Part shown: positions 26,012 to 38,694 of the stretch, in pieces
How the letters are laid out: each line of letters begins with the position of its first letter
Position numbering within the stretch: position 1 is the first letter of the stretch
Assembly: GCA_964016885.1 (NCBI GenBank)
Contig: OZ024764.1
Coordinates: 930,001 to 994,000, forward strand
DNA: 64,000 nt
From: Eledone cirrhosa
Taxonomy: Eukaryota
Reading direction: 5' to 3'
Made by a program: the position numbers and the translations under genes
Notes under the pieces: generated by a model
What the model was told of the DNA's origin: nothing
Seen by the model: the letters and a program-made list of their open reading frames with translations, nothing else
Database searches by the model: none

Positions 26012-26101
26012 CTTGAATGAGCAGAGAATTACATATATGGTATCATCATCATCATCATCATCATCGCCATCACCACTATCATCAACATCCTAATCATCAT
26101 C

Positions 26102-26132
<31 letters not shown>

Positions 26133-26815
26133 CATCACATCACCTACACCAGGCATGTCAAACTGAGGGTCCCCCTAGGGCCACATGGCTCACATATGTG
26201 TTGTCTGAGGGCCACACATGACAATTGCACACATTACAACACATTAAAATATTTAACTAAAAACCTTCCATCATAATTTTATGTAAGAACCTTTGTTAAG
26301 TTATATTCCAAACACCAACAGTGTCTTTATGTATCTGTATGTATACCATGACTCATACACTGTTCACTTCCCTGACATTTATACATTATTCTATGTACTA
26401 TACATACACCTTTGATGAGTTGTAGTGCACCTGAGCACTGTACACAATAATTTCATAATTATGATATATACTAGCAGAAAAACTGCCCCTCGGGTGGTTT
26501 TCTGCTAGCATGTGTAGTGTGTATATTGATATTATACACAAATATATACATCTAGATACGATATGTCAAATAAAATCGTAATTGACAATATACACAGAAA
26601 TTGAACAAAGACTGCATTACACTGTCTTATGTAATCAGTAACGTAATCCAGTGACGGAAATATATGACTGTTTATTTAAGCGATCGCTAACCGGAAGTGT
26701 TGACATTAGAAAATTTTAAAGAAGTGAATCTTAAAATAAACAATAAAATATATTTAATCAACAGCCACGAAATTTAGTAGATACATTATGTAATATTCAT
26801 TCATTATTTATTCAA

Positions 26816-27402
26816 AGCAGTGGACTGGCAGTATCGGTAGAGGGTCGGACGCCATGCTTTCCAGCATAGTTACGTCCCTTTATGATCTGAGTTCAAATCC
26901 CGCCGAGGTTGACTTTGCCTTTCATCCTTACAGGGTCGATAAAATAAAGTACCAGTAATGCACTGGGTAATTGCTGGCCTTGTGCCTAAAGTAGAAACAA
27001 TTATTTATTCAAAGCAGTGGACTGGCAGTATCGGTAGAGGGTCGGACGCCATGCTTTCTAGCATAGTTACGTCCCTTTACGATCTGAGTTCAAATCCCGC
27101 CAAGGTTGACTTTGCCTTTCATCCTTACGGGGTCGATAAAATAAAGTACCAGTAATGCACTGGGTAATTTCTGGCCTTGTGCCTAAAGTAGAAACAATTA
27201 TTTATTCAAAGCGGTGGATTGGCAGTATCGGTAGAGGGTCGGACGCCATGCTTTGACGTATGGAGTTACCGCCCTTGCCATTCTCAGTTCAAATCCCGCC
27301 GAGGTTAACTTTGCCTTTCATCCATACAGGGTCAATAAAATAAAGTACCAGTAATACACTGGGTAATTGCTGGCCTTGTGCCAAAAGTAGAAACAATTAT
27401 TT
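26816..27402 (+). mobile_element. Head-to-tail trimer of tRNA-derived SINE (units of about 198 bp)
   Basis: Three copies separated by TTATTTATTCAAA. Confidence 0.9.
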
Positions 27403-27512
27403 ATTCAAAGTAATCCAACTTATTTTACAAACGGGATAAAACAATATATTCTGGACGCAGTCTCGCACTCATTACTTTATTATAGTTTAGATTAATATAA
27501 TTTGCTACTTAC

Positions 27513-27596
27513 CATCATGTACAAGGCTCCTTGGGGCATAACTGGTTTCAGTCCAGGAATTTTCATGAAACTCTCATAGCAGAATTTAGCATTTTC
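27513..27596 (-). CDS. TAT: TAT exon (ENAKFCYESFMKIPGLKPVMPQGALYMM)
   Basis: AG/GT boundaries, 84 nt. IPGL.PV.P.GA.Y.M motif. Confidence 0.95.
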
Positions 27597-27680
27597 CTAC
27601 AAAAATGATTTAAAAAAATCTACATGAAATATATGTACATATGGCTATTACAGAGATGAGTAACCTGCAGCCTTCTATGC

Positions 27681-28131
27681 CAGGGGTCGGCACCTTCTTT
27701 GCCTCCACGGGCCGGATCGAGTATTAATGACGGACAGCAGGCCAGACGAAGGCCGTAAAAGAATAATTATGGAAAATTACACAGGCTAAAATTTAATCAC
27801 GAGTGTTGGCTATACTTAAAAATAATTTGTATTAACCACAGATGAATGTAGTAATGGAAAAACATCATTTATTCAATTTAAGACATCGATGGAATCATTT
27901 GTTTAAAAAATCTTTAAAATACACAGCAGCCAAAAACTTAATGGGAAACTTGATGTTGTTTGTTCCTTGAAAGCTTTCTTAGTATTAGGTTTCAAACTTG
28001 TTGATGCCAAGAACAAGATATCTCGTCTCTCATATTACAATAAATTAAAATTTTAAATAAACAACTCATTCGGCATCAATTCATGCGGGCCAGTCAAAAT
28101 CCCTTCGCGGGTTGTAGGTTGCCGACCACAG
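27681..28131. mobile_element. Non-autonomous hAT (Charlie-like) transposon
   Basis: TIRs CAGGGGTCGGCA / TGCCGACCACAG; 8-bp TSD TTCTATGC on both sides. Confidence 0.85.
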
Positions 28132-28352
28132 TTCTATGCCATTCTCTGCGGCCTTCTATACTCTATGTCATTCTGTGTGGACTTCTATGTAACATCATTA
28201 CCTTTCTTAATGTTATTCTTATACAGAATCTCTATCGTAACTACACACTACGAATGTTGAGTGCTTTTTCCTGGTTACTCCTGTTTTTACCAAAAATACT
28301 TCTACTGAACATATATATATATATGTGTGTGTGTGTGTCTGTATATATATAT

Positions 28353-31352
28353 CATCATCATCACCGTTTTACGTCCGTTCTTCCACGCTAGCATGGGTTA
28401 GACGGGTTGTCCTGTTGTGTGCAGAAGTCCGGTCGGCTGACCTTGTCTTGCTCATACAGGAACTGATTTCTACAGCTGGATGCCCTTCCTAACACCAACC
28501 TCATTTACAGTGAGTGCTGGGTGCTTTTTTCCTTGGGGCCTACACGTCCACTTTGCAGTGGGAGGGTGTGGGGGCATATTGTCTATATGCTTCAGCTTCG
28601 GCTTGTACCCGTGGGGAGTCGGGTCTTCTGTATTACTGTTTGACGCCAGAGGTCACGGTCCTGTGTCATCGCCTTTGAGAGGTGCAATTGGGTAAGGTCA
28701 GCCTTTATCACCTCACCCAGGTCTTCTTGGGTCTCCCCAATCCGCGGTTTCCATTGACTTCTAGTGCTCTGCACCTTTTTATGCAGCTGTCATCCTTCAT
28801 ACGCATCACATGTCCATACCAATGCATCCGCCTCTCCTGCACACAGCATTTGATTCATTTGATCCTCTTATGCTCAGTCTCTCTCTTAATTCGTTTATGC
28901 TTTGCCATTCGTGTATATTACTATTACACATCCATCGGAGCATGCAGTCTTCGTTTCTTTCTAATCTGTGCAAGTCTTCTACCTTCAGCGCCCAGGTCTC
29001 ACTACCATGTAACATTGCCATTTGTATACACGCATCATACAGTCTGCCTTTCATTTTGAGGGAAAAGCCTTTCGCAGCTAGCAGTGGCAGTAGCTCCCTG
29101 AATTTCTTCCATCCCGTTCTTACCCTAGTTATTGTACTTTCTGAACACCCACCTCCACTGCTAATTCGGTCACCTAGGTAGCAGAAGCTGTCTACTGTTT
29201 CTACAGAGCCCTCCCAGAGTTTAGTGGTACTTGTTTCCTGTGGCTGTTTGCTGCTTGCTGTCCCAGCACAGCTGCTGCATGTGAAGCCTACATTCTTAAT
29301 TAAGCTTCTTGAGATCCCGCTACATCTCGTGTACCCATTGTTTGCTACCTACACCTTTTCTACATACTGAGCAAGGCCATTTCCCTGAGGGAATCTGGGT
29401 TCTGTTTTCTCGTGTACTTAAAAGAACCTTAGTCTTTGTCAGGTTGACTTTGAGACCCTTTCTTTCTAGTCCCTGCTTCCATGTTTGGAATTTCTTCTCT
29501 AGTTCCACCATGGATTCAGCTATAAGTGCGAGATCATCTGCATACAGGTGTTCCCATGGGCATCTGGTCTTAAACTCCTCCATTATTGCCTGCAAAACTA
29601 TGATGAACAGGAGGGGCTAAGAACAGAGCCCTGGTGGACACCGACCTGTATGCTAAATTCCTCGCTATAGTCATTGCTAACTCTAACTTTGCTGACTGCT
29701 CCCCTATACATGGCTTGTACAGCTTTCACAAGCCATTCATTTACTCCTAATTTTCTAAGACCCACTAAATTATAGCACGGGGGGACTCTGTCGAAGGCTT
29801 TTTCCAGATCGACGAATGCCAGGTAGAATGGCTTACTTTTAGCTAGGTACTTTTCCTGTAATTGCCTCACAAGGAAGAGGGCATCAGTGGTACCTCTTCC
29901 TGGCACAAACCCAAATTGCATCTCATCTAGTTTTATCCGGTCCCTAATCAACTGTGCTATAAATCTTTCCGTTACTTTCATGACCTGGTCCATCAGCTTT
30001 ATACCTCTATAGTTTATTCCATCTAGCGCATCACCTTTACCCTTGTAGCAGTTGACAATGATGCTGCTGCACCAATCCTTTGGTATGACACCTTCTAGTA
30101 TTACCTGGTTAACAATACGTGTGGTTATGGTGTGACCTACCGACCCAGATGCCTTCAGCATCTCGGCAGCTATACCCAATGGACCGGTTGCCTTCCCCGT
30201 CTTCATATCTTTGATTGCCTTACTTACTACGCTACTGCTGACTTGTACTGCTGGTCCCTCTATAGGGTCCACTTGGGGAAGGGTCTCTTTTTTCCATGCA
30301 TTCTCCTCATTTAGTAATCTTTCATAATGGCTCTTCCATCTTTCTTCTCAGCACTGTGAGGGCAAGCTCACCTTTATCATTCCAGACACACTTCTCTCCA
30401 ATGACATCACAATTCTCTCTGACACACTGCCTCGCAATCTTGAACACCTCCTGTTTCTGGTCCTCACGCTGTAAAACATGCTTCAATTTTCTATCCTCTG
30501 CTTTCCTCCTAGCTAAGTACACTTGTCGCCTAGCTTCCCTCCTGGTCTCTATGTAATGTACCCTGCATCCCCCATTCTTCCATTCTTTCCATGCCTGCTT
30601 CTTGGCCTTAACTGCCTCATCTACCTTATTGTTCCACCACCAAGTCACTCTCCTCCTGCCTGTGGTCTTACTCCAGCCACAGATCTCATCTGTCACCTTT
30701 AGTAAGTTATTTTTTAGGAACCCCCAGTGCTCTTCTACATTGAATGTCACTATCTGTTCTTCTTTACTGTCGTAGGCATTGAGTAAAATATCTTTAAATC
30801 TGTTACTGGCTGAGGGGTCTTTCAGCTTCCAGATCTTTCTTCTCCAGGTTGCCTTCTGTTTCCAAGTTCGTTTAGTTCTGACCGTGAGGTCGCTGACAAC
30901 TAAGCTATGTTGGGAGGTACATTCCTCACCAGGGAAGGCTTTTGTGTTTACAACCGTCCATCTGTCACGCCCTCTGATGAGGATAAAATCTATCTGACTA
31001 AAATGCTCCCCTGATCTATAGGTGATCAGGTGGTTGTCGGGTTTTTGAAGTATGTGTTACATATCGACATGTCATTGGTGTCGTATAATTCCAGAAGCCT
31101 GAAGCCTTCTTCATTTCTTGTGCCAACCCCGTGGCCTCCATGAACTCTATAGAAGCCGTCACAGTGTTTACCTATGTGTCCGTTAAAATCTCCTGCAATG
31201 ATTAGGAAGTCATTGTCGTCTGTTAGAGCAGTAGTGTCCATTAGGGACTTGTAAAATATATCCTTAAGTTCGTCTGGCAACCCCGACTGGGGTGTGTAAG
31301 CTGATATTATTGTGGTAATTGTTTTATTCAGGACTAGTCTGAGTTTGATGAT
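28353..31352 (-). mobile_element. 5'-truncated, frameshifted RTE LINE (partial APE, RT, 3' tail in (GAT)n)
   Basis: IAGDFNGHIG, QFGF.PGR.TTDA, FVDLEKAFDRV, GVHQGSVLSP, LYADD and GRP..TW motifs. Confidence 0.93.
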
Positions 31353-31440
31353 TGTAAAAGGTAAACAGAAATAACAACACAATCAGTACAGTATATGGAA
31401 GGAATATATTAGGTTAACGCTTGAAATAGCAGGAAGAGGG

Positions 31441-31476
31441 TCTTAACGTTTCGGACGCTAGTCCTTCGTCAGAAGA
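31441..31476 (-). ncRNA. Minimal type I hammerhead motif, Penelope pLTR-like
   Basis: Minus strand reads TCTT CTGACGA A GGAC-TAGC-GTCC GAAA CG TT AAGA. Confidence 0.8.
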
Positions 31477-31552
31477 AAGAATGAGAAATAAGATAGATTA
31501 AAGGGACGGGTGGGGTGGAATCGGAAAAAATATCTTTATGTGTGTGTGTTTG

Positions 31553-31595
<43 letters not shown>

Positions 31596-31697
31596 GTGTG
31601 TATATATATATATATATATGTGTATATATACATACATATATATATCCCTGAATGAAATCAATAAATCAATAGATCAATAAATCAATAGATCACCAAC

Positions 31698-31826
31698 CTC
31701 AACAATGGCAATGACTGAGTCGAAGAAACTCTTCTCTGTGTTCTTCAAAATGTTTGGCAGGGCTCCCTGCACCAGGGTACAGGGGCCGAGGATCTTCTGG
31801 CTGAGATTTAACAAACCACCTCGAAT
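31698..31826 (-). CDS. TAT: TAT exon (IRGGLLNLSQKILGPCTLVQGALPNILKNTEKSFFDSVIAIVE)
   Basis: AG/GT boundaries, 129 nt. LSQ.ILGPCT.VQGAL motif. Confidence 0.95.
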
Positions 31827-31936
31827 CTGTCAACAACAACAACATCAATAACAACACATCAACAACAACAATAGCAACAACAACAATAACAACAATAACA
31901 ATAAGAACAGCTGAGATCTTTAGAGCAGATATCCCC

Positions 31937-32815
31937 CAACCATAGCCAGAATTTATTCTCTAGCTCCTCTACTGATTCTGCTATAAGAACCAGATCGTCA
32001 GCATAGAGAAGTTCCCATGGACAGCCAGTCTTAAACTCCTCTGTTATGGCTTGGAGGACTATAATGAACAAGAGCGGGCTGAGGACTGAACCCTGATGTA
32101 CTCCTACTTGTATCTGGAATTCCTCACTAAACTCCATTCCTACACTGACTTTACTGACAGTACCCCTGTACAAAGTTTGCACTGTCCTCACAAGCCATTC
32201 CTCAACACCTAGTTTCCTTAGGGGGCACCAGATGACAGATCGGGGTACCCTATCAAAGGCCTTCTCTAGGTCAACAAAGGCCAAGTATAGTGGCTTATTT
32301 TTCTCTAAGAACCTCTCTTGCAATTGTCTCACCAAGAAGAGGGCATCTGTTGTACTCTTCCCAGGCACAAAATCAAACTGCATCTCATCTAGTTTGACCC
32401 TTTCTCTAATTAGTTGTGCTAATATCCTCTAATTAGTTGTGCTAATATCCTCTAATTAGTTGTGCTAATATCCTCTAATTAGTTGGGCTAATATCCTTGT
32501 GCTAATATCCTCTAATTAGTTGTGCTAATATCCTTGTGCTAATATCCTCTAATTAGTTGTGCTAATATCCTCTAATTAGTTGGGCTAATATCCTCTAATT
32601 AGGTGTGCTAATATCCTCTAATTAGTTGTGCTAATATCCTCTAATTAGTTGTGCTAATATCCTCTAATTAGTTGTGCTAATATCCTCTAATTAGTTGTGC
32701 TAATATCCTCTAATTAGTTGTGCTAATATCCTCTAATTAGTTGTGCTAATATCCTCTAATTAGTTGTGCTAATATTATTCTCTAAGAACCTCTCTTGTAC
32801 TTGTCTCACTATAGT
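31937..32815 (-). mobile_element. RTE RT fragment with a 23-bp segment amplified about 16 times (32405-32775)
   Basis: FVDLEKAFDRV...LLYADD; repeat unit CTAATTAGTTGTGCTAATATCCT encodes RILAQLI. Confidence 0.88.
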
Positions 32816-32824
32816 TGTATATAT

Positions 32825-33011
32825 TAATTGTTTCTACTTTAGGCACAAGGCCATCAATTATACCAGTGCATTACTGGTACTTTATTTTATCGACCCCGTA
32901 AGGATGAAAGGCAAAGTTAACCTCGGCGGGATTTGAACTCAGAATGGCAAGGGCCGTAACTCTATGCGTCAAAGCATGGCGTCCGACCCTCTACCGATAC
33001 TGCCAATCCAT
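32825..33011 (-). mobile_element. tRNA-derived SINE (family of 10159-10344)
   Basis: Sequence identity; further copies at about 40101-40250, 49956-50146 and 50927-51055. Confidence 0.85.
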
Positions 33012-33648
33012 GCCTTCATAGTTGTATATATAATACTATTTAGATATAGTATTATAGTTATGTTGGTGCCACAACATCCAGGCCGAAACAAATGAGGTCG
33101 TGTAGGTGTCACAACAAAAACACACAGTCCACGCTGTATTGTGGCTGTGTAGGTAACTCGTAAAAACCTCCCAGTCCTACACTGTAAATGTGGTTGGTGT
33201 TAGGAAGGGCATCCAGCTGTAGAAAACCTGCCAGACAGTCCACGCTGTAATGTGGCCGTGTAGGCAACACGGTAAAAACCTCCCAGCCCCACACTGTAAA
33301 CATGGTTGGTGTTAGGAAGGGCATCCAGCTGTAGAAAACCCGCCAGACAGTCCTTTACGAGCAAGACAACCACTCTTGCCTCAAGTGGGAAATACCCCCG
33401 TCCAAACCCATGCAAGCGTGGAACATGGACGTTAAACGTTGATGATGATGATGATGATGATATATATATAATAAGGGATATCCCTTTCTATTTTCCTTTA
33501 TTTGACCGGTAGTAGCACACTGTAAGCTTTAGCCACATCACTTGAGGGCGACCGGCAAAGGTAGAAGATGCTGGATGGCGGTCGCCCTCAGGTCTTTGAT
33601 TTTCAGCCCCATGGATTTTACCTATTACATTCACTTATTATATTTCGA

Positions 33649-33706
33649 ATACCTGATGATATCACTGGATTCATACGGAACCCGGTCATTGAAATGATCA
33701 TAGTAT
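33649..33706 (+). ncRNA. Type I hammerhead motif
   Basis: Stem I ATAC/GTAT; CTGATGA; long stem II; GAAA; palindromic ATGATCAT stem III; followed by AATAAA. Confidence 0.75.
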
Positions 33707-33764
33707 AATAAACCTTTCAAGGATTTACACAAGTCCAGCCTCCTGTCATTTCATTACATATATC

Positions 33765-34200
33765 ATCATCACCGTTTTACGTCCGTTCTTCCACGCTAGC
33801 ATGGGTTAGATGGGTTGTCCTGTTGTGGGCAGTGTCTGGTCGGCTGACCTTGTCTTGCTCATACAGGAACTGATTTGGCTTGATTTCTACAGCTGGATGC
33901 CCTTCCTAACACCAACCTCATTTACAGTGAGTGCTGGGTGCTTTTTCGTGGCGCCTACACGTCCACTTTACAGTGTGGGCTGGGTGCTTTTTTGCTGTGG
34001 CACCTCCACGACCACCTTGCGGTGGGGGGTGTGGGGGCATATTGTTTATATGCTTCAGCATGTACCCATGGGAGGTCGGGTACTCTGTATTACTGCGTGA
34101 CGCCAGAGGTCACGGTCGTGTGTCATTATCTTTGAGAGGTGTAATTGGGTAAGGTCGGCTTTTATCACTTCATCCCAGGTCATCTTGGGTCTCCCCACTC
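33765..34200 (-). mobile_element. RTE 3' end fragment
   Basis: GRPKMTWDEVIKADL...DRDLWR, then the same tail as 28353-28590. Confidence 0.8.
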
Positions 34201-34315
34201 CGCAGTATATATATGTATATATATATATATATACATTATATATATATATATACTCACCTACACAAATATATGGGAACGTGTGCATATGCATCTAAAGATA
34301 AAAGTGACAACAGAA

Positions 34316-35046
34316 CACCACCACCACCAACACCACACCACCACCAACACCACACCACCACCACCACCACCAACACCACACCACCACCACCACCAACACC
34401 ACACCACCGCCACCACACCACCACCACTATCACTATCACCACCACCGCCACCACTATCACTACCACCACCACCACCACCATCACCACACCACCACCACCA
34501 CCACCACTATCACTACCACCACTACCACCACCACCACCACCACTATCACTACCACCACCACCACCACCTCCACCACCACCACCTCCACCAACACCACACC
34601 ACCACCACCACCTCCACCAACACCACACCACCACCAATCACAACAAGTATGTTACCACCAACACCACTACCACCACCAACACCACACCACCAATACCACA
34701 CCACCGCCACCACCATCACCACCACCATTACCACCACCACTACCACCACCTCCACCACCAACACCACACCACCTCCACCACCAACACCACACCACCGCCA
34801 CTACCACCACCACCACCACCACCACACCACCACTACACCACCAACACCACACCACCACACCACCAACACCACACCACCACCACCACCACAACCACCATCA
34901 CACCACCAACACCACCACCACCAACACCACACCACCACCACTACACCACCAACACCACACCACCACACCACCAACACCACACCACCACCACCACCACCAC
35001 CACCACACCACCACCACATCACCAACACCACCACCAACAACAACAA
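34316..35046. repeat. CAC/CACCA low-complexity tract abutting a TAT exon donor
   Basis: Direct observation. Confidence 0.9.
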
Positions 35047-35055
35047 GTATATTAC

Positions 35056-35125
35056 CTCTTTATCAAAAACAGTTCCACGGTCATTGATAACAATCCAGCC
35101 CATTCGCCATCCTGGTACCAAGAAC
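35056..35125 (-). CDS. TAT: TAT exon (FLVPGWRMGWIVINDRGTVFDKE)
   Basis: AG/GT boundaries, 70 nt. VPGWR.GW motif; completes the Arg codon split from the previous exon. Confidence 0.95.
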
Positions 35126-35149
35126 CTGATAGAATAACAGAATTGATAA

Positions 35150-37675
35150 AAACATGAGGTGTTCAGGATTGCTAGGCAATGTGTCAAGGGAAACCGTGAT
35201 ATTGTCGGGGAGAAGTGTGTCCTTAATGATGATGGCGTACTTGCCATCACTGACGCTGATAAGAAGGTAGCCTGGAAGTGTCACTACGAAAGGCTACTAA
35301 ATGAGGAGAATAAATGGGAGAAAGACAGTCTCCCCCACATCGATCCAATAGATATATAGATATATAGATTGCTAGGATTGCTAGGCAATGTGTCAAGGGA
35401 AACCGTGATATTGTCGGGGAGAAGTGTGTCCTTAATGATGTTGGTGTACTTGCCATCACTGACGCTGATAAGAAGGTAGCTTGGAAGTGTCACTACGAAA
35501 GGCTACTAAATGAGGAGAATAAATGGGAGAAAGAAGTCTCCCCCACATTGATCCAATAGAGGGACCAGCAGTGTTAGTCGAAGGTAGTATAATCAAAGCT
35601 ATGAAGATGGGTAAGGCGGCTGGGCCTTCGGAGATAGTTGCTGAGATGCTGAAAGCATCTGGAACGGTGGGACACACCATGGTCACCCAGATAGTAAACC
35701 AAGTTATACAGAATGGGGTCGTTCCGAAGGACTGGCGTAGCAGCATCATCATTAACTGTTACAAGGGTAAAGGTGATGCCCTAGATAGGGGAAACAACTA
35801 TAGAGGCATTAAATTAATCGACCAGGTCATAAAGGTCACAGAAAAAGTAATAGCGCAATTAATCAGAGAGAGAATTGACCTAGATGAAATGCAGTTCGGG
35901 TTTGTGTCAGGCAAAAGTACCACAGATGCTCTTTTCATTGTACGACAACTACAGGAGAAGTACCTAGCTAAAAGTAAACCCCTATACTTAGCTTTTGTTG
36001 ACTTGGAGAAAGCCTTCGACAGAGTCCCCCGTTCCATTATCTGGTGGGCTCTCAGAAAACTAGGTGTTGATGAATGGCTTGTGAGAGCTATACAAGCCAT
36101 GTATAAAGAAACAGTCAGCAAGGTTAGAATTAACAACGAATATAGTGAAGAGTTTAGCGTAAAAGTTGGTGTTCATCAGGGCTCTGTTTTTAGCCCCCTA
36201 CTATTTATTATTGCCCTTCAGGCTATAACAGAGGAGTTCAAGACCGGCTGCCCATGGGAACTCTTATACGCAGATGATCTAATGCTCATAGCTGAATCAA
36301 TGGCCGAACTAGAGAAGAAATTCCAAACATGGAAGCATGGCCTAGAATCAAAAGGCCTTAAAATTAACCTGTCTAAGACTAAAGTTCTAGTTTGTAGGAA
36401 GGAAAATAGGGCACCAGTCCCATCTGGGAAATGGCCATGCTCAGTGTGTAGGAAAGGAGTAGGCAGAAACTCCATTTTATGTCCCAAATGCAAAGTATGG
36501 GTGCATAAAAGATGTAGTGGGATCACAGGTAAGCTAACTAAGAATATAGATTTTATATGTGGCCGGTGCTCAGGTGCAATAAGTAGCAGCAAGTGCCCAC
36601 AGAATACTAGCTCATTCCATTGCACAGATGGTTCTATAGAAATAGTGGACACCTTCTGTTACCTGGGTGACAAAATCAGCAGTGGTGGAGGGTGTTCTGA
36701 AAGTCAGTAGCTAGAGTCAGAATGGGATGGAAAAAGTTCAGAGAGCTTATACCACTATTAGCCGCTAAAGGGTTCTCTCTAAAAATGAAAGGCAGGTTAT
36801 ATGATGCCTGCATACGAACAGCAATGTAACATGGCAGTGAGACCTGGGCATTGTGAGCAGAGGATATACGCAGACTGGAGAGGAACAAAGCTTGCATGCT
36901 CCGCTGGATGTGTAATAGTAATATACGTGAACGGCAAAGCATAAACGAACTAAGGGAGAAATTAGGAATAAGAGGAATGAGATGTTGTTTACTCGAGAGA
37001 AGGCTACGTTGGTATGGACATGTGATGCGCATGAAAGACGACAGCTGTATAAAAAAGTGCAGGGCGATAAAAATAGACGGTAGCCACGGAGTGGGCAGAC
37101 CCAGAAAAACCTGGGACGACTTGATAAATTCCGACCTCACACACTTACACCTCTCCAAGACAATGTCACTGGACCGAGATCTTTGGCGCTACGCAGTAAT
37201 ACAGAAGATCCGCCTTGCCTAAGTACAAAGCGAAACCTACAGTCAGTAGGCACCCCTAACAACAAAAATACACCCCCGTCCCACCACCTCCACCCCATCC
37301 ACACCACCCCCTTCAATGTGAAGTTATGTTGGTACCCCAATATCCAGCCCGAAACAAATGAGGTCGTGTAGGTGTCACGACAAAAAACACACAGTCAACT
37401 CTGTAATGTGGTTGGTGTTAGGAAGGGCATCCAGCTGTAGAAAACCCGCCAGACAGTCCACGCTGTAATGTGGCCGTGTAGGTAACACGGTAAAAACCTC
37501 ACAGTCCACACTGTAAATGTGGTTGGTGTTAGGAAGGGCATCCAGCCGTAGAAAACCCGCCAGACAGTCCTATACAAGCAAGACAACTAATCTTGCCTCA
37601 AGTGGGAAAACTCCCGTCCAAACCCATGCAAGCGTGGAGATGGACGTTAAACGATGATGATGATGATGATGATGA
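35150..37675 (+). mobile_element. 5'-truncated RTE LINE: RT, Cys-rich finger, C-terminus and 3' tail
   Basis: 395-aa ORF 35523-36710 with RT motifs; RRLRWYGHV and GRPRKTW downstream; (GAT)n tail. Confidence 0.93.
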
Positions 37676-37677
37676 TA

Positions 37678-37945
37678 TTAAAGTGTTAAACAATATTCAA
37701 TGAGTATGTCAAAGAATGAGTTTTACAGTAGATTGGAAGCACTCTATGGGAAATAATTTTCCAGAGTTATTAATATTAAAATATAAATATTAATAAAATA
37801 GATGTTCTTTTGATCAATTACATTTTATTATACATATTTCGGATGTACAACAGTACGTCCTCATAAGGACGTCCTGTTGTACCTCCGAAATATGTATAAT
37901 AAAATGTAATTGATCAAAAGAACATCTATTTTATTAATATTTATA

Positions 37946-37955
<10 letters not shown>
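37678..37955. mobile_element. Fold-back element pivoting in a truncated hammerhead core
   Basis: Palindrome centred about 37863. Arms read (ATGA)GGAC...TCC GAAA TATGTA TA ATAAAA. Confidence 0.7.
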
Positions 37956-37983
<28 letters not shown>

Positions 37984-38049
37984 TATGTCCCAAGGCTCTG
38001 ATACCATCAACACTATACACACAGAGCTGGCATATCTAAGAACTGACTA

Positions 38050-38105
38050 ACTGCCTGATGAGGTCATAGCCATTCAATGGCTATCATCGAAATATATATA
38101 GCAGT
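38050..38105 (+). ncRNA. Type I hammerhead motif, relative of 9799-9853
   Basis: Stem I ACTGC/GCAGT; CTGATGA; stem II CATAGCC/GGCTATC with a compensatory change versus CACAGCC/GGCTGTC; GAAATATATATA. Confidence 0.85.
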
Positions 38106-38165
38106 AAATAAAGGATTATGAGTTCATGCAATTGACTTATGTTTCGTCACTATATATATATATAT

Positions 38166-38651
38166 AAAGAATGATTAATAAAATAGGTAGACACCATAAA
38201 AAGATAATTTATTCCGTGTGCTTACAAATATTTCAACAGAAGTTATGCAGCCTAGTCATGCTATGTGCAATTGATAATTAATAATTATTTGATTGCAGAA
38301 ACTCAATTTTCAAATGGTGCTACTGAGGAAATGGTTGTGGCACCATTTGAACATTGAGTTTTTGCAATCAAATAATTATTAATTATCAATTGCACATAGC
38401 ATGACTAGGCTGCATAACTACTGTTGAAACATTTGTAAGCACTCAGAATAAATTACCTTTTTATGGAGTCTATCTATTTTATTAATCATTCTTTATCTAC
38501 ACTCCGGAATACAGAAGGATCAGAAACTGAGTTTTTCCAACTATTCTTCCATAACTCGTTGAGTAACCCCTCACCGTACGTCAACTCTATCTAGTGTAGT
38601 AATTAACCATTACTGCATTCAGAATAATCCTAAGCATTTCTTGCATAACCT

Positions 38652-38655
<4 letters not shown>
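38166..38655. mobile_element. Fold-back element pivoting at CTGAGGA
   Basis: About 155-bp inverted arms centred about 38330; GAAA CATTTG TA AGCAC downstream; (TA)n flanks. Confidence 0.65.

Positions 38656-38690
<35 letters not shown>

Positions 38691-38694
<4 letters not shown>

Noticed and set aside
26816-26905. tRNA genes suggested by A/B boxes in SINE heads
   Set aside because: No complete cloverleaf, and they continue into SINE body and tail.
35523-36710. Active reverse transcriptase gene or partner of the hammerhead elements
   Set aside because: 5'-truncated RTE with a downstream frameshift and stops. It is RTE-clade, not a Penelope RT/GIY-YIG; no autonomous PLE ORF was seen in the window.
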